Assembly: GCA_030625885.1 (NCBI GenBank)
Contig: DAOUPZ010000010.1
Coordinates: 29,812 to 93,811, forward strand
Direction: 5' to 3'
DNA length: 64,000 bases
From: Clostridia bacterium
GTDB lineage: Bacteria > Bacillota > DAOUPZ01
Each line of letters begins with the position of its first letter. The first letter of the stretch is position 1. The notes beneath the pieces are model-generated. The model was not told where the DNA came from, ran no database searches, and was given only the letters and a program-made list of their open reading frames with translations. Position numbers and translations under genes: made by a program. Shown here one piece after another: positions 40,703 through 51,265 of the stretch.

Positions 40703-40984
40703 ATGGACATTAAGCTAATTAATATTGGTTTTGGAAATATTGTGGCAGCTAACCGTATTGTTGCAATTGTCAGCCCAGAGTCTGCACCAATAAAGAGAAT
40801 TATCCAAGAAGCGCGGGATCGAGGTATGTTAATAGATGCAACATATGGAAGAAGGACGCGTGCAGTTGTTGTTACGGATAGTGATCATATTATTCTATCT
40901 GCTGTACAGCCTGAAACGGTTGCGCATCGTCTTGGCAGTAAAGATTGTAGTAAATATATAAATGAAGAACCTGATGAATCTTAA
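40703..40984 (+). CDS. remA: RemA (DUF370) biofilm or matrix regulator.
   Basis: [34 protein letters not shown]. Confidence 0.8.
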   Translation: MDIKLINIGFGNIVAANRIVAIVSPESAPIKRIIQEARDRGMLIDATYGRRTRAVVVTDSDHIILSAVQPETVAHRLGSKDCSKYINEEPDES

Positions 40985-40999
40985 TAAAAGGTAGAGGGT

Positions 41000-41572
41000 G
41001 TGTTGGAATTGGAAGTGAAACAGCACAAAAAGGGGAGGCTGTTTGTTATCTCTGGTCCTTCAGGTGCTGGAAAGGGCACGTTATGTAGTGAAATACTAAA
41101 AGAAGAACAAGTAATGTTGTCAATTTCTGCTACCACGCGGGCACCACGAGAAGGAGAGATAGATGGTAAACATTATCATTTTCTTACTGCCCAAGTTTTT
41201 CGTAAAATGATTGAAGAAGATCAATTATTGGAATGGGCAGATGTCTTTGGAAATTATTACGGAACGCCTCGGAAATTTGTAGAAGAGAAATTAGAAAAGG
41301 GTCAAAATATTATCCTTGAAATAGATGTGCAAGGTGCTTTGCAGGTGAAAGAAAAGCTGCCTGAGGCCGTTCTTATTTTTGTAAAACCACCGTCTATGCA
41401 AGAGCTTAGGAGAAGAATTGAAAGTCGAGGGACGGAAAATAAAGAGGTCCGTGAGAAAAGATTGCAAGAGGCTGCACGAGAACTAGAATTTGCTAAAAAA
41501 TATGATTATGTTATTATTAATGATGATTTAAAAAATGCGTTAAATGATTTAAAACAAATTTTATACCGCTAG
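41000..41572 (+). CDS. gmk: Guanylate kinase.
   Basis: GPSGAGKGT P-loop and guanylate-kinase core. Confidence 0.85.
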   Translation: MLELEVKQHKKGRLFVISGPSGAGKGTLCSEILKEEQVMLSISATTRAPREGEIDGKHYHFLTAQVFRKMIEEDQLLEWADVFGNYYGTPRKFVEEKLEKGQNIILEIDVQGALQVKEKLPEAVLIFVKPPSMQELRRRIESRGTENKEVREKRLQEAARELEFAKKYDYVIINDDLKNALNDLKQILYR

Positions 41573-41604
41573 ATGATGCGGTAAGAGGAGGGGAAAAAAA
41601 TAAT

Positions 41605-41817
41605 ATGATGCTTTATCCTTCTTTAGATACTTTAGTCCAAAAAGCGGATAGTCGTTATACATTGGTTATTGCCACTGCTAAACGAGCGCGCCAAATTATG
41701 GATGGTTCAGATGTTTTATTGGAAGCAGAGGCGTCTAAGCCGGTTACCAAAGCTTTGACAGAAATCAATGAGGATAAAATAAAGTATAAGATTTTATCTA
41801 AACCAAAAGAAGTATAA
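41605..41817 (+). CDS. rpoZ: RNA polymerase omega subunit.
   Basis: SRYTLVIATAKRARQI. Confidence 0.85.
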   Translation: MMLYPSLDTLVQKADSRYTLVIATAKRARQIMDGSDVLLEAEASKPVTKALTEINEDKIKYKILSKPKEV

Positions 41818-41823
41818 AATGAG

Positions 41824-43032
41824 GTGAAAGGATTGTCACAGCAAAATATTGTCGTTGGCGTGACGGGTGGGATTGCCGCTTACAAAATGGTTGATGTCGT
41901 GAGTCAATTAAGAAAAGCAGGATTTAATGTTCATGTTATCATGACGGCAAATGCAAGTCAATTTATTAATCCTCTAACCTTTCAAACAATTTCTCAAAAT
42001 GCGGTCATGGTGGATCAGTTTCAAGCACCATCCCATTGGGATGTGCGACATATCTCAATGGCTGATAAAGCGGATTTATTTTTAATCGCCCCTGCATCTG
42101 CAAATATGATTGGCAAAATTGCTAATGGAATTGCAGATGATATGTTATCGACAACTGTCATGGCAACGACGGCGCCGGTACTTATTGCGCCAGCAATGAA
42201 TGTGCATATGTACGAAAATGAAATTGTACAGCAAAATATTAATAGGCTAAAGGCGTTGGGGTATCAATTTATTGATCCGGAGTTTGGACGATTGGCTTGT
42301 GGATATGAAGGTAAAGGCCGTTTGGCGTCTAATGATGTCATTGTTAATACAATCCTGGAATTTAATTGTCTTAAAGACTTACAGGGACAGAAAGTATTAA
42401 TTACAGCAGGGCCTACTCGTGAGCATCTTGATCCTGTACGTTTTTTTAGTAATCCATCTACAGGGAAAATGGGATATGCGCTTGCTTCTCAGGCCGGGAA
42501 GCGAGGGGCATCTGTAACATTGATATCGGGTCCTTCACATTTGCCTGATCCGAAGGATGTGAATACGGTTCGTGTACAAACAGCCCAGCAAATGTACGAA
42601 GCTGTTTTAGAGCATGAATGTGATGCTGATATTATCATTGGAGCAGCAGCGGTGGCAGATTATCGCCCCGTTCAGCAAGCTGCCCAAAAAATAAAAAAGG
42701 CACAGGATGAATTGACATTAACACTGGTGAAGAATCCTGATATTTTAAGAGAAATCGGTAAGCACAAGAATAATCGTATTCTAGTAGGATTTGCAGCAGA
42801 AACGCATGAACCCCTAAAATATGGCCTAGAAAAACTGGTTAAAAAGAATCTTGATCTAATAGTAATTAATAATGTGAGCGATTCTGATGCGGGATTTGCT
42901 GTTGATACAAATCGGGTGGTACTAATGGATGTTGAAGGAAACGAGGAAAAAATCGAATTAACTTCTAAGCAGCAGATTGCCATTGCCATATGGGATTATA
43001 TTGTCAAACATTTGATAAATAAGGAGGCATGA
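41824..43032 (+). CDS. coaBC: Bifunctional phosphopantothenoylcysteine decarboxylase / phosphopantothenate–cysteine ligase (GTG start).
   Basis: IVVGVTGGIAAYK flavoprotein N-terminus and C-terminal CoaB domain. Confidence 0.9.
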   Translation: MKGLSQQNIVVGVTGGIAAYKMVDVVSQLRKAGFNVHVIMTANASQFINPLTFQTISQNAVMVDQFQAPSHWDVRHISMADKADLFLIAPASANMIGKIANGIADDMLSTTVMATTAPVLIAPAMNVHMYENEIVQQNINRLKALGYQFIDPEFGRLACGYEGKGRLASNDVIVNTILEFNCLKDLQGQKVLITAGPTREHLDPVRFFSNPSTGKMGYALASQAGKRGASVTLISGPSHLPDPKDVNTVRVQTAQQMYEAVLEHECDADIIIGAAAVADYRPVQQAAQKIKKAQDELTLTLVKNPDILREIGKHKNNRILVGFAAETHEPLKYGLEKLVKKNLDLIVINNVSDSDAGFAVDTNRVVLMDVEGNEEKIELTSKQQIAIAIWDYIVKHLINKEA

Positions 43033-43039
43033 TGGTTGA

Positions 43040-44239
43040 ATGAAAAGTAAGCGTTATTTATTTACATCGGAATCAGTGACAGAAGGGCATCCTGATAAAA
43101 TTGCAGATCAAATTTCTGATGCTGTACTAGATGCTATTTTAAAAGAAGATCAAACGGCACGAGTTGCTTGTGAGACGATGGTTACCACAGGGATGGTTAT
43201 GGTAACGGGCGAAATTACGACGCATTGTTATGCAGATATTCCTAAGATTGTACGACAAACAATTAGAGAGATTGGTTACACACGTGCCAAATATGGTTTT
43301 GATTGTGATACTTGTGCTGTGCTGACTTCAATTGACGAACAATCCGGTGATATTGCTATGGGTGTTGATAAAGCGCTGGAAGCAAGAACCGGGGAAATGA
43401 CAGAAGAGAATATTGAAGCCACTGGAGCCGGAGATCAAGGCCTTGTATTTGGTTATGCAACCAAGGAAACATCGGAACTGATGCCTTTGCCGATTTCACT
43501 GGCTCATAAATTAGTACAAACTTTAGCTAAAGTACGTAAATCAGGAGAAATTGAATATTTGCTGCCTGATGGTAAAAGCCAGGTTACAGTAGAATACGAA
43601 GGGGATAAGCCAATTCGGGTTGATACAGTTGTTATTTCCACTCAGCATATGCCTTCCGTCTCTCATCAACAAATTGAGCAGGATATTATTGAAAAAGTTA
43701 TTAAAGTTACAATCCCTGCGGAATTGTTAGATGATCAAACTAAGTATTATGTGAATCCTACCGGACGTTTTGTTATTGGCGGGCCGCAAGGCGATGCTGG
43801 ATTGACTGGAAGAAAGATTATTGTGGATACTTATGGGGGAATGAGTCGTCACGGCGGGGGTGCATTTTCCGGAAAAGATCCGACAAAAGTTGATCGTTCT
43901 GCTAGTTATGCGGCTCGATATGTGGCCAAGAATATTGTTGCTGCTGGGCTGGCTGATCGCTGTGAAGTCCAAATCGCTTATGCAATTGGCGTAGCGCAGC
44001 CTGTTTCTATTATGATAGAATCATTTGATACCCATCATGTATCACAGGAAAAGATTTTAGAATTGGTGCAAAAACATTTTGATTTAAGACCTGCAGCCAT
44101 TATACGGGATTTAGATTTGCAACGTCCCTTATATCGGCAGGTAGCAGCATATGGTCATTTTGGGCGAAATGATTTGGATTTACCCTGGGAAAGAACAGAT
44201 AAAGCAGATGTTTTACGTAAAGGAGCAGGCTTAGAATAA
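43040..44239 (+). CDS. metK: S-adenosylmethionine synthetase.
   Basis: [43 protein letters not shown]. Confidence 0.9.
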   Translation: MKSKRYLFTSESVTEGHPDKIADQISDAVLDAILKEDQTARVACETMVTTGMVMVTGEITTHCYADIPKIVRQTIREIGYTRAKYGFDCDTCAVLTSIDEQSGDIAMGVDKALEARTGEMTEENIEATGAGDQGLVFGYATKETSELMPLPISLAHKLVQTLAKVRKSGEIEYLLPDGKSQVTVEYEGDKPIRVDTVVISTQHMPSVSHQQIEQDIIEKVIKVTIPAELLDDQTKYYVNPTGRFVIGGPQGDAGLTGRKIIVDTYGGMSRHGGGAFSGKDPTKVDRSASYAARYVAKNIVAAGLADRCEVQIAYAIGVAQPVSIMIESFDTHHVSQEKILELVQKHFDLRPAAIIRDLDLQRPLYRQVAAYGHFGRNDLDLPWERTDKADVLRKGAGLE

Positions 44240-44332
44240 CCTATTTCCTCTACTCATTAATGAGTAGAGGATTTTTTTCGTTTTTGTCGAATTACTCTTA
44301 TTCAGATTTATCTTACTACCGGAGGAATTCGA

Positions 44333-46603
44333 ATGAAACCAATGAAAAATATAGTAGAAGTTATTATAGATATTGGAAGTTCAGCTTTAAATCAAACATT
44401 TTACTATCATGTTCCAGAGTCTTTGCAACAAGAGATTGAGATTGGCCACGCAGTCTTGGTCCCTTTGCGTAATCGCACTCAAGTGGGTTATGTTGTAGGG
44501 TATGTTGAACAAACGACAATGAATAATATGAAAGATATTAAGGAAATATTAGGAGAGCGTCCCTGGTTCGATGCTGATATGTTGGATTTAGCGCGGTGGA
44601 TGGAACAATACTATATGTGCTCACTGATGGATGCTTTAAACAGTATTTTACCTACTGGAATCAAAAATCGTGTCAAGAAAACGGAGCTTCTTCCCCCAAA
44701 AGTTCAGGTTCGCTATGAAAAATGGGCGTGTTTAAAAATAACGAGTGACAAAATGGCTGAATTATTACCTTCTTTAGTGCATCGGGCACCCAAGCAAGCT
44801 ACTATGCTTTCAATTTTGCAGCATGAAAAAGAAATGCCGGTTCGTTTGTTGCTAAAACAAGCTGCAACTACCCATAGTACACTAACAGCACTAAACCAAA
44901 AAGGGTGTATTGAAATAAAAGAAAAGGAGTTTCGGCGAGATCCGTTTACAGCGATTCAGGTTGAGCCTGACTCTCCCATGTCCCCTACTGTCGAACAGCA
45001 CTTAGCTTTAGAAAAGATTGATAAAGAATGGAAACAAAAACAGAAGCATCCTCTTTTACTTCATGGGGTAACGGGAAGCGGAAAAACAGAAATATATCTT
45101 CAAACCATTAATCAAGTGATTAAGGAAGGGAAACAGGCCATTGTGCTTGTGCCTGAAATTTCTCTAACACCTCAGATGGTAAAACGATTTAAAGCACGAT
45201 TTGGTAATGATGTTGCTGTTCTTCATAGTGGACTGTCATTAGGAGAACGGTATGATGAATGGCGCCGTATTAAAGAGAATAAGGTGAAGATTGTTGTTGG
45301 AGCACGTTCAGCTATCTTTGCGCCCTTTAAGAAGCTTGGGCTCATTATTATTGATGAAGAACATGAAAATACTTATAAACAATCTTGTCACCCCCGTTAT
45401 CATGCGCGTGAGGTAGCTATTAGGCGTAGTATGAAGGAAGATGCGCTGGTTATTTTGGGGAGCGCTACCCCTTCTTTGGAGAGCTATCAAAAGGCATTAA
45501 AAGGGGAATATTTGCTCGTTGAAATGAAAAAAAGGATAGATGGCCGAGCCTTGCCTCCCGTTAAATTGGTTGATTTACGGGAAGAGATTAAGAAAGGCAA
45601 TAAGAGTATATTAAGTTATTCTTTGCAGCAAGCTATTAATGAAAGGTTGGAAAAACAGGAACAAATCATCTTATTTTTAAATAGAAGGGGATTTTCTACC
45701 TTTGTTTTATGTCGGGAGTGTGGTTTGGTACTTCGGTGTCATCATTGTGATGTTTCTTTAACCTATCACGCGGATCACCATAAAATGCACTGTCATTTTT
45801 GTGATCACCAAGAATCAGTACCTGATCGGTGTCCTAGTTGTCAGAGTCCATATATTAAATATTTTGGTATTGGAACCCAAAAAGTAGAGGAAGTCGTAAA
45901 AAGTACTTTCCCAGAAGCAAGGGTACTACGGATGGATATGGATACGACTTCCCGTAAAGGTGATCATGAGCGCTTATTGTCTGCTTTTGAGCATCACGAA
46001 GCTGATATTCTAATAGGCACGCAAATGATTGCCAAAGGATTAGATTTTGGAAATGTGACGCTGGTGGGGGTTATTTCTGCAGATACATCGCTTCATCTGG
46101 CTGATTTTCGCGCGGGGGAAAGAACATTTCAACTGATGACGCAGGTGGCTGGTCGAGCGGGGAGAGGTACTTTAGGAGGAGAAGTGATTGTGCAGACGTA
46201 TTCTCCACAGCATTACAGTTTGATTGCTGCTGAGCATCATAATTATCAGGCATTTTACGAAGATGAAATAAAAGCGCGGCAGGAACTGGATTATCCGCCT
46301 TTTTCTCATATTATCCGGCTTTTGATTACGAGTATCCAAGAGAAGCAGACGATACAAGGTGCAGAAACGTTAGGAAATCATTTGCAAATTTTTGCGAATG
46401 AAAGGGGTTGTCACGTATTAGGTCCTGTTCAAGCTCCAATTTCCAAGATTAAGAACGCTTATCGCTGGCATATTATTTTAAAAGGTGAAAATATGATGGC
46501 TTTACAAGATACCGTTCATCAAGCATTGGCAGCTTTTAAAAGTGCAGCGCGGACATTACACGTCGATATTCATATTGATGTTGATCCCCTGTCAATGTTA
46601 TAA
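44333..46603 (+). CDS. priA: Primosomal protein N' (PriA helicase).
   Basis: GVTGSGKTE Walker A, DEEH, Cys-rich zinc-binding region CRECG…CHHCD. Confidence 0.9.
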   Translation: MKPMKNIVEVIIDIGSSALNQTFYYHVPESLQQEIEIGHAVLVPLRNRTQVGYVVGYVEQTTMNNMKDIKEILGERPWFDADMLDLARWMEQYYMCSLMDALNSILPTGIKNRVKKTELLPPKVQVRYEKWACLKITSDKMAELLPSLVHRAPKQATMLSILQHEKEMPVRLLLKQAATTHSTLTALNQKGCIEIKEKEFRRDPFTAIQVEPDSPMSPTVEQHLALEKIDKEWKQKQKHPLLLHGVTGSGKTEIYLQTINQVIKEGKQAIVLVPEISLTPQMVKRFKARFGNDVAVLHSGLSLGERYDEWRRIKENKVKIVVGARSAIFAPFKKLGLIIIDEEHENTYKQSCHPRYHAREVAIRRSMKEDALVILGSATPSLESYQKALKGEYLLVEMKKRIDGRALPPVKLVDLREEIKKGNKSILSYSLQQAINERLEKQEQIILFLNRRGFSTFVLCRECGLVLRCHHCDVSLTYHADHHKMHCHFCDHQESVPDRCPSCQSPYIKYFGIGTQKVEEVVKSTFPEARVLRMDMDTTSRKGDHERLLSAFEHHEADILIGTQMIAKGLDFGNVTLVGVISADTSLHLADFRAGERTFQLMTQVAGRAGRGTLGGEVIVQTYSPQHYSLIAAEHHNYQAFYEDEIKARQELDYPPFSHIIRLLITSIQEKQTIQGAETLGNHLQIFANERGCHVLGPVQAPISKIKNAYRWHIILKGENMMALQDTVHQALAAFKSAARTLHVDIHIDVDPLSML

Positions 46604-46692
46604 TAAAGTGTTAATTAATATTGGATTATCATAAAATTGTTGTGGGTTACAGAATAGATAAATACTAAATTAATAAGGGAGGAATTTGAGTC

Positions 46693-47154
46693 ATGCGTCT
46701 TAAAATATATCGGATTGGTGTAGAAGAAGAGGAAAAAGTGCTACGGAAAAAGGCAAAACCTTTGCAAAGAGTTGATACGGCAGTGCAAAAATTCGTAGCG
46801 GATATGTTTGAAACAATGTATGAAGCACCTGGCGTTGGTTTGGCAGCACCGCAAGTAGGACGTTCTCGGAGAATTATTGTCGTAGATGTCGGTGAGGATC
46901 CTATAGCGCTCATTAATCCGGTCATTAAAAAATTTGAAGGAGAAGAATGGGATACAGAAGGATGTCTAAGTGTTCCTGGTAAAGCAGGAGAAGTGTGTCG
47001 TGCAAAGCGCGTTGAAGTAGAAGGTTATGATTTAAAGGGAAAAAAAGTCAGAATAAAGGCAGAAGGTTTTCAAGCCCGTGCATTACAGCATGAGATTGAT
47101 CATCTTGATGGAACGCTCTATATCGATAAAGCTGAAGATATTAAAGATGTATAA
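46693..47154 (+). CDS. def: Peptide deformylase.
   Basis: GVGLAAPQVG, EGCLS, HEIDHLDG. Confidence 0.9.
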   Translation: MRLKIYRIGVEEEEKVLRKKAKPLQRVDTAVQKFVADMFETMYEAPGVGLAAPQVGRSRRIIVVDVGEDPIALINPVIKKFEGEEWDTEGCLSVPGKAGEVCRAKRVEVEGYDLKGKKVRIKAEGFQARALQHEIDHLDGTLYIDKAEDIKDV

Positions 47155-47375
47155 ATAAGAAAACAAGGGTGTGTTGCGTAATAAGAAAAAGTTGTTGCTT
47201 TGTTTTTGGTGTAGAAATTTCTGGCGCTTAGTTCTCAGTTCTCGGAAAAATAAAAAGACGTTGAAGGTAGAAGGAAAAAGATTAAAGCTTTATTTTAGCT
47301 TGTTTAATTTATCTTTTGCTGAGAACTGATAACTAATAACTGATAACAGTACTTAAAGTAAAGAAGGTGAAAAAT

Positions 47376-48317
47376 ATGCGAATTATTTTTATGGGAACTC
47401 CAGATTTTTCTGTTCCTACGCTTGAGGCACTAATCAAAAGTAGGGAAGAGGTCATTGGCGTGGTGACGCAACCCGATCGTCCAAAGGGAAGGGGTAAGAA
47501 GCTGGCACTTTCCCCAGTAAAAGAAGCGGCATTAGCTGCTGGCCTTCCTGTGTTTCAACCTAAAAAAGTAAAAACGCCGGAATTTATTGCTCAGTTAAAA
47601 TCACTAAATCCAGACTTGATTGTGGTAGTTGCCTTTGGGCAAATTCTATCCCAAGAAATACTCTCATTGCCACAGTATGGCTGTATTAATGTGCATGCTT
47701 CTCTGTTACCTTACTATCGGGGTGCTGCTCCGATTCACTGGGCAGTGATTAATGGTGAAACAGAAACAGGTATTACAACCATGCACATGGATGCAGGATT
47801 AGATACAGGAGATATGTTGATCCAGGAAAAAATATCCATTAGACCTGAAGATACAACTGTACAAATTCATGATCAATTGGCCGTTTTAGGTGCAAAAGTA
47901 CTAATAGATACATTGCAAGCGTTAAAGGCTGGAACGTTAAAATCTACTAAACAGAATGATGCTGTATCAACGTATGCGCCGCTGCTGAAGAAAGAGCATG
48001 AAATAATTAATTGGGTTGAGGATGCTGCTGTCATTCATAATAAGATAAGGGGCTTAAATTCTTGGCCAGGTGCGTATACCTATTATAAAGGCAAACGACT
48101 AAAAATATGGCAAAGTCGGATATATAGCGAGCAAGATACAAATAATGTACCTGGAGAGGTAATTAATATAGAGCAGCAAGACGGATTTATTCTACAAACT
48201 GGAAAAGGAACATTATTAATTTTAGAGGTTCAGCCTGAGGGGAAACAGAGAATGAAAGCGGAAGCTTTTGCAAGGGGTTATCATCTTGGAGCTGGCGACA
48301 AAATGGAAGAGGCATAA
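47376..48317 (+). CDS. fmt: Methionyl-tRNA formyltransferase.
   Basis: RIIFMGTPDF, HASLLPYYRGAAPI. Confidence 0.9.
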   Translation: MRIIFMGTPDFSVPTLEALIKSREEVIGVVTQPDRPKGRGKKLALSPVKEAALAAGLPVFQPKKVKTPEFIAQLKSLNPDLIVVVAFGQILSQEILSLPQYGCINVHASLLPYYRGAAPIHWAVINGETETGITTMHMDAGLDTGDMLIQEKISIRPEDTTVQIHDQLAVLGAKVLIDTLQALKAGTLKSTKQNDAVSTYAPLLKKEHEIINWVEDAAVIHNKIRGLNSWPGAYTYYKGKRLKIWQSRIYSEQDTNNVPGEVINIEQQDGFILQTGKGTLLILEVQPEGKQRMKAEAFARGYHLGAGDKMEEA

Positions 48318-48320
48318 ATA

Positions 48321-49109
48321 ATGGCACAAATAATAGAAGAGGCAAAGAAGCGCTTGTTTTTAGAAATGTTGTTACTAGGACTAGCATTTTTAATGCTTAT
48401 TGCAGTCGGATTCTGGTATTTGGTATTTCGTCCTCAGCATCAGCTGTATCAAACTATAACAACGATTATGGGATCACTTCTGTTTATAGTTATTATATTC
48501 TTAGGTTTGGGAATAATAGGAACGGTGTATGCCATTATCAAAGGGCATACTTTTCCCTTTTTACAAAATTCAATTCGATTTGCTGTTTATTTATTATATC
48601 CCATGGCGATTTATGTGGGTAAAATGTTGGATATTGAAAAAGAGGCAGTGGAACGTTCTTTTATAGCAGTGAACAATCAATTGGTGAAGGCTAAAGTGAA
48701 AGGTATACCACCCCAAAACATTCTTATTTTGACACCTCATTGTTTGCAAAAGAGTGATTGTCCCCATAAGATTACCGTGAATGCTTGGAATTGTAAGCAG
48801 TGTGGGCGTTGTTCAATTAATGGATTACTGGATCTATCTTGCAAATATGGTGTGCAAGTAGCAGTGGTAACAGGGGGGACATTAGCACGGATTATGATTA
48901 AAAAGATGAGACCGAAAGCCATCGTAGCAGTGGCTTGTGAACGTGATTTAACGGCAGGTATTCAGGATGCTTACCCTATTCCTGTATTGGGTGTTTTAAA
49001 TATGCGTCCTGAAGGTCCTTGTATGAATACCAGTGTGAATCTCGATTTAGTAGAGGAAAAAATTTTGGAGTTAGTGCAGCCTTTGGCTGCGGCAAGTGGG
49101 AAAAGATAA
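48321..49109 (+). CDS. DUF116-family protein (membrane N-terminus, Cys-rich C-terminal domain).
   Basis: CPHKITVNAWNCKQCGRCS motif. Lies in the conserved fmt–rsmB interval. Confidence 0.7.
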   Translation: MAQIIEEAKKRLFLEMLLLGLAFLMLIAVGFWYLVFRPQHQLYQTITTIMGSLLFIVIIFLGLGIIGTVYAIIKGHTFPFLQNSIRFAVYLLYPMAIYVGKMLDIEKEAVERSFIAVNNQLVKAKVKGIPPQNILILTPHCLQKSDCPHKITVNAWNCKQCGRCSINGLLDLSCKYGVQVAVVTGGTLARIMIKKMRPKAIVAVACERDLTAGIQDAYPIPVLGVLNMRPEGPCMNTSVNLDLVEEKILELVQPLAAASGKR

Positions 49110-49202
49110 GTGGAAAGACAAAATAAAGCAGTTAGCTCTTAGCAGTTAGGGAAAGATTAACGGCCAACCCTTAAAAGCTAGTAAATAAAGGAGGCAACGA
49201 AC

Positions 49203-49886
49203 ATGTTTTATTGGGGAGACTTTACATATATTTTGCTGATACCCGGGATGATATTGGCTTTTTACGCTCAGAGTAAAGTTAAGTCTACTTTTGCAAAGTT
49301 TTCGCGCGTATCGACATCTGGAGGTCTTAGCGGGGCTCAGGTGGCTCGGGCGTTGCTGGATGATGGCGGGTTGCAGGACGTTGCAATTGAACAAGTAGCT
49401 GGGCGTCTTTCCGATCATTATGACCCACGGATAAAAAAGCTGCGTCTTTCTTCCGAGGTATATCACGGGACTTCAGTCGCTTCAGTAGGCGTAGCGGCGC
49501 ATGAGACAGGGCATGCCCTGCAGCATGCAAATCATTATGTTCCCCTTAGTTTACGTAATACCATTGTACCGGTAGCGCAACTGGGATCAACCGCTGCGTT
49601 TCCCTTGTTTTTTATTGGTCTTTTAATGAGAAGCGGCTTTTTTATGGATTTAGGGATTATCTTTTTTATGGGTGCTCTGGTTTTTCAATTGGTTACTTTG
49701 CCTGTAGAATTTAATGCAAGCCGACGTGCTGTTTATCTTTTGGAAAAACGCCATTTTTTAACAGCACGTGAATTAGATGGGGCTAAGCATGTGCTTAGTG
49801 CAGCGGCTTTGACCTACGTTGCGGCAGCAGCTATGGCGGCGCTTCAACTGGTAAGGCTATTAATTTTAAGAGGAAATAGAGATTAA
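49203..49886 (+). CDS. Membrane zinc metallopeptidase (YugP-like).
   Basis: GVAAHETGHALQH HExxH motif. TM segments. Confidence 0.7.
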   Translation: MFYWGDFTYILLIPGMILAFYAQSKVKSTFAKFSRVSTSGGLSGAQVARALLDDGGLQDVAIEQVAGRLSDHYDPRIKKLRLSSEVYHGTSVASVGVAAHETGHALQHANHYVPLSLRNTIVPVAQLGSTAAFPLFFIGLLMRSGFFMDLGIIFFMGALVFQLVTLPVEFNASRRAVYLLEKRHFLTARELDGAKHVLSAAALTYVAAAAMAALQLVRLLILRGNRD

Positions 49887-49908
49887 TTCCCTATTATGGA
49901 GGTTAAAC

Positions 49909-51252
49909 ATGACTGCAACAAAGAAACGCAGCGCACGTGAATGGGCGTTAATTATTTTAAAACGAGTCACAGAGGAACAAGCTTATGCACATATTGTTCT
50001 GGATCAATCCTTGGAGAAGAGTAACCTTTTGGATTTGGATAAGTCCTTGGTGACCGAATTGGTATATGGAACACTACAGTATCTTAATCAAATGGATTGG
50101 ATTATTGGACAATTTTCTTCACAGAAGGTTAAAAAAATAGCACCGTGGATTAAAAATATATTGCGTATGGGTATATATCAATTGATATATCTAGATCATA
50201 TTCCTTCCCATGCAGCCGTTCATGAAGCGGTGGAACTGGCTAAAAAGTATGGACATGCCGGGACGGTTCGCTTTGTAAATGGGGTATTGCGTAGTATATT
50301 GCGTCAAAAGGATAATATTTCATATCCTGACATTAAACAGGATCCGATTGCACATATTACCTATAAATATGCGCATCCGGAGTGGCTTGTAAAAGCTTGG
50401 GTTAAGGAACTGGGTGTTGATGAAACGATTTTGCTTTGTAAAGAAAATAATGATAAAGCACCGATGGTACTACGAACTAATACATTGTGCATGACACGAG
50501 ATATGTTAAAAGAACAATTAGAAGCAGAAGGTGTCGAGACAATTGAAAGCAAATGGACGCCAGAAGCGCTGAAGGTCATGTCCAGATTTAACGTGAGGCG
50601 TTCTGAGGCCTTTGATAAGGGGTTCTTTCAGGTGCAAGATGAGAGTTCACAATTGGTGGCGAGATTGTTGGATCCACGTCCAGATGAATTTATTATTGAC
50701 AGTTGTAGTGCACCTGGCGGAAAAACAACCCATATTGCTCAGTTAATGGAAAATACTGGGCGTATTCTGGCTTGTGATATCCAAAATAATAAATTATCAT
50801 TGGTTGCACAAAGCACCGCACGATTGGGTATTACTATTGTGGAGACGAAACGTATGGATGCGAGAGATTTACAGCATGATTTTTCTGCAAAAGCAGATCG
50901 TGTGTTAGTCGATGCGCCTTGTTCAGGTTTGGGAATTATTCGTCGCAAGCCAGATATAAAATGGCAAAAAGGTTTGGAACAATTGGAAAAATTGCCTGAA
51001 TTACAATTAGAAATATTAAGCCAAGCAGCCCAGTGTGTTCGAACAGGAGGGTATTTAGTGTACAGTACGTGTACATTAAATCCTGCCGAGAATCAAGGCG
51101 TAATCAAATCATTTCTAAGCATTAACCCTGATTTTCAATTGGTGCCATTAGCAGAAGAATGGCCCCAAAAAGAGGGGATGGTACACTTATTTCCGCATCG
51201 TCATGGCACGGATGGTTTTTTTATGGCGAAAATGAGACGCAAAGAAGATTGA
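49909..51252 (+). CDS. rsmB: 16S rRNA m5C967 methyltransferase.
   Basis: NusB-like N-terminus, SAM fold DSCSAPGGKT, PCSGLG. Confidence 0.85.
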   Translation: MTATKKRSAREWALIILKRVTEEQAYAHIVLDQSLEKSNLLDLDKSLVTELVYGTLQYLNQMDWIIGQFSSQKVKKIAPWIKNILRMGIYQLIYLDHIPSHAAVHEAVELAKKYGHAGTVRFVNGVLRSILRQKDNISYPDIKQDPIAHITYKYAHPEWLVKAWVKELGVDETILLCKENNDKAPMVLRTNTLCMTRDMLKEQLEAEGVETIESKWTPEALKVMSRFNVRRSEAFDKGFFQVQDESSQLVARLLDPRPDEFIIDSCSAPGGKTTHIAQLMENTGRILACDIQNNKLSLVAQSTARLGITIVETKRMDARDLQHDFSAKADRVLVDAPCSGLGIIRRKPDIKWQKGLEQLEKLPELQLEILSQAAQCVRTGGYLVYSTCTLNPAENQGVIKSFLSINPDFQLVPLAEEWPQKEGMVHLFPHRHGTDGFFMAKMRRKED

Positions 51253-51265
51253 AAGGTGAAGTATA

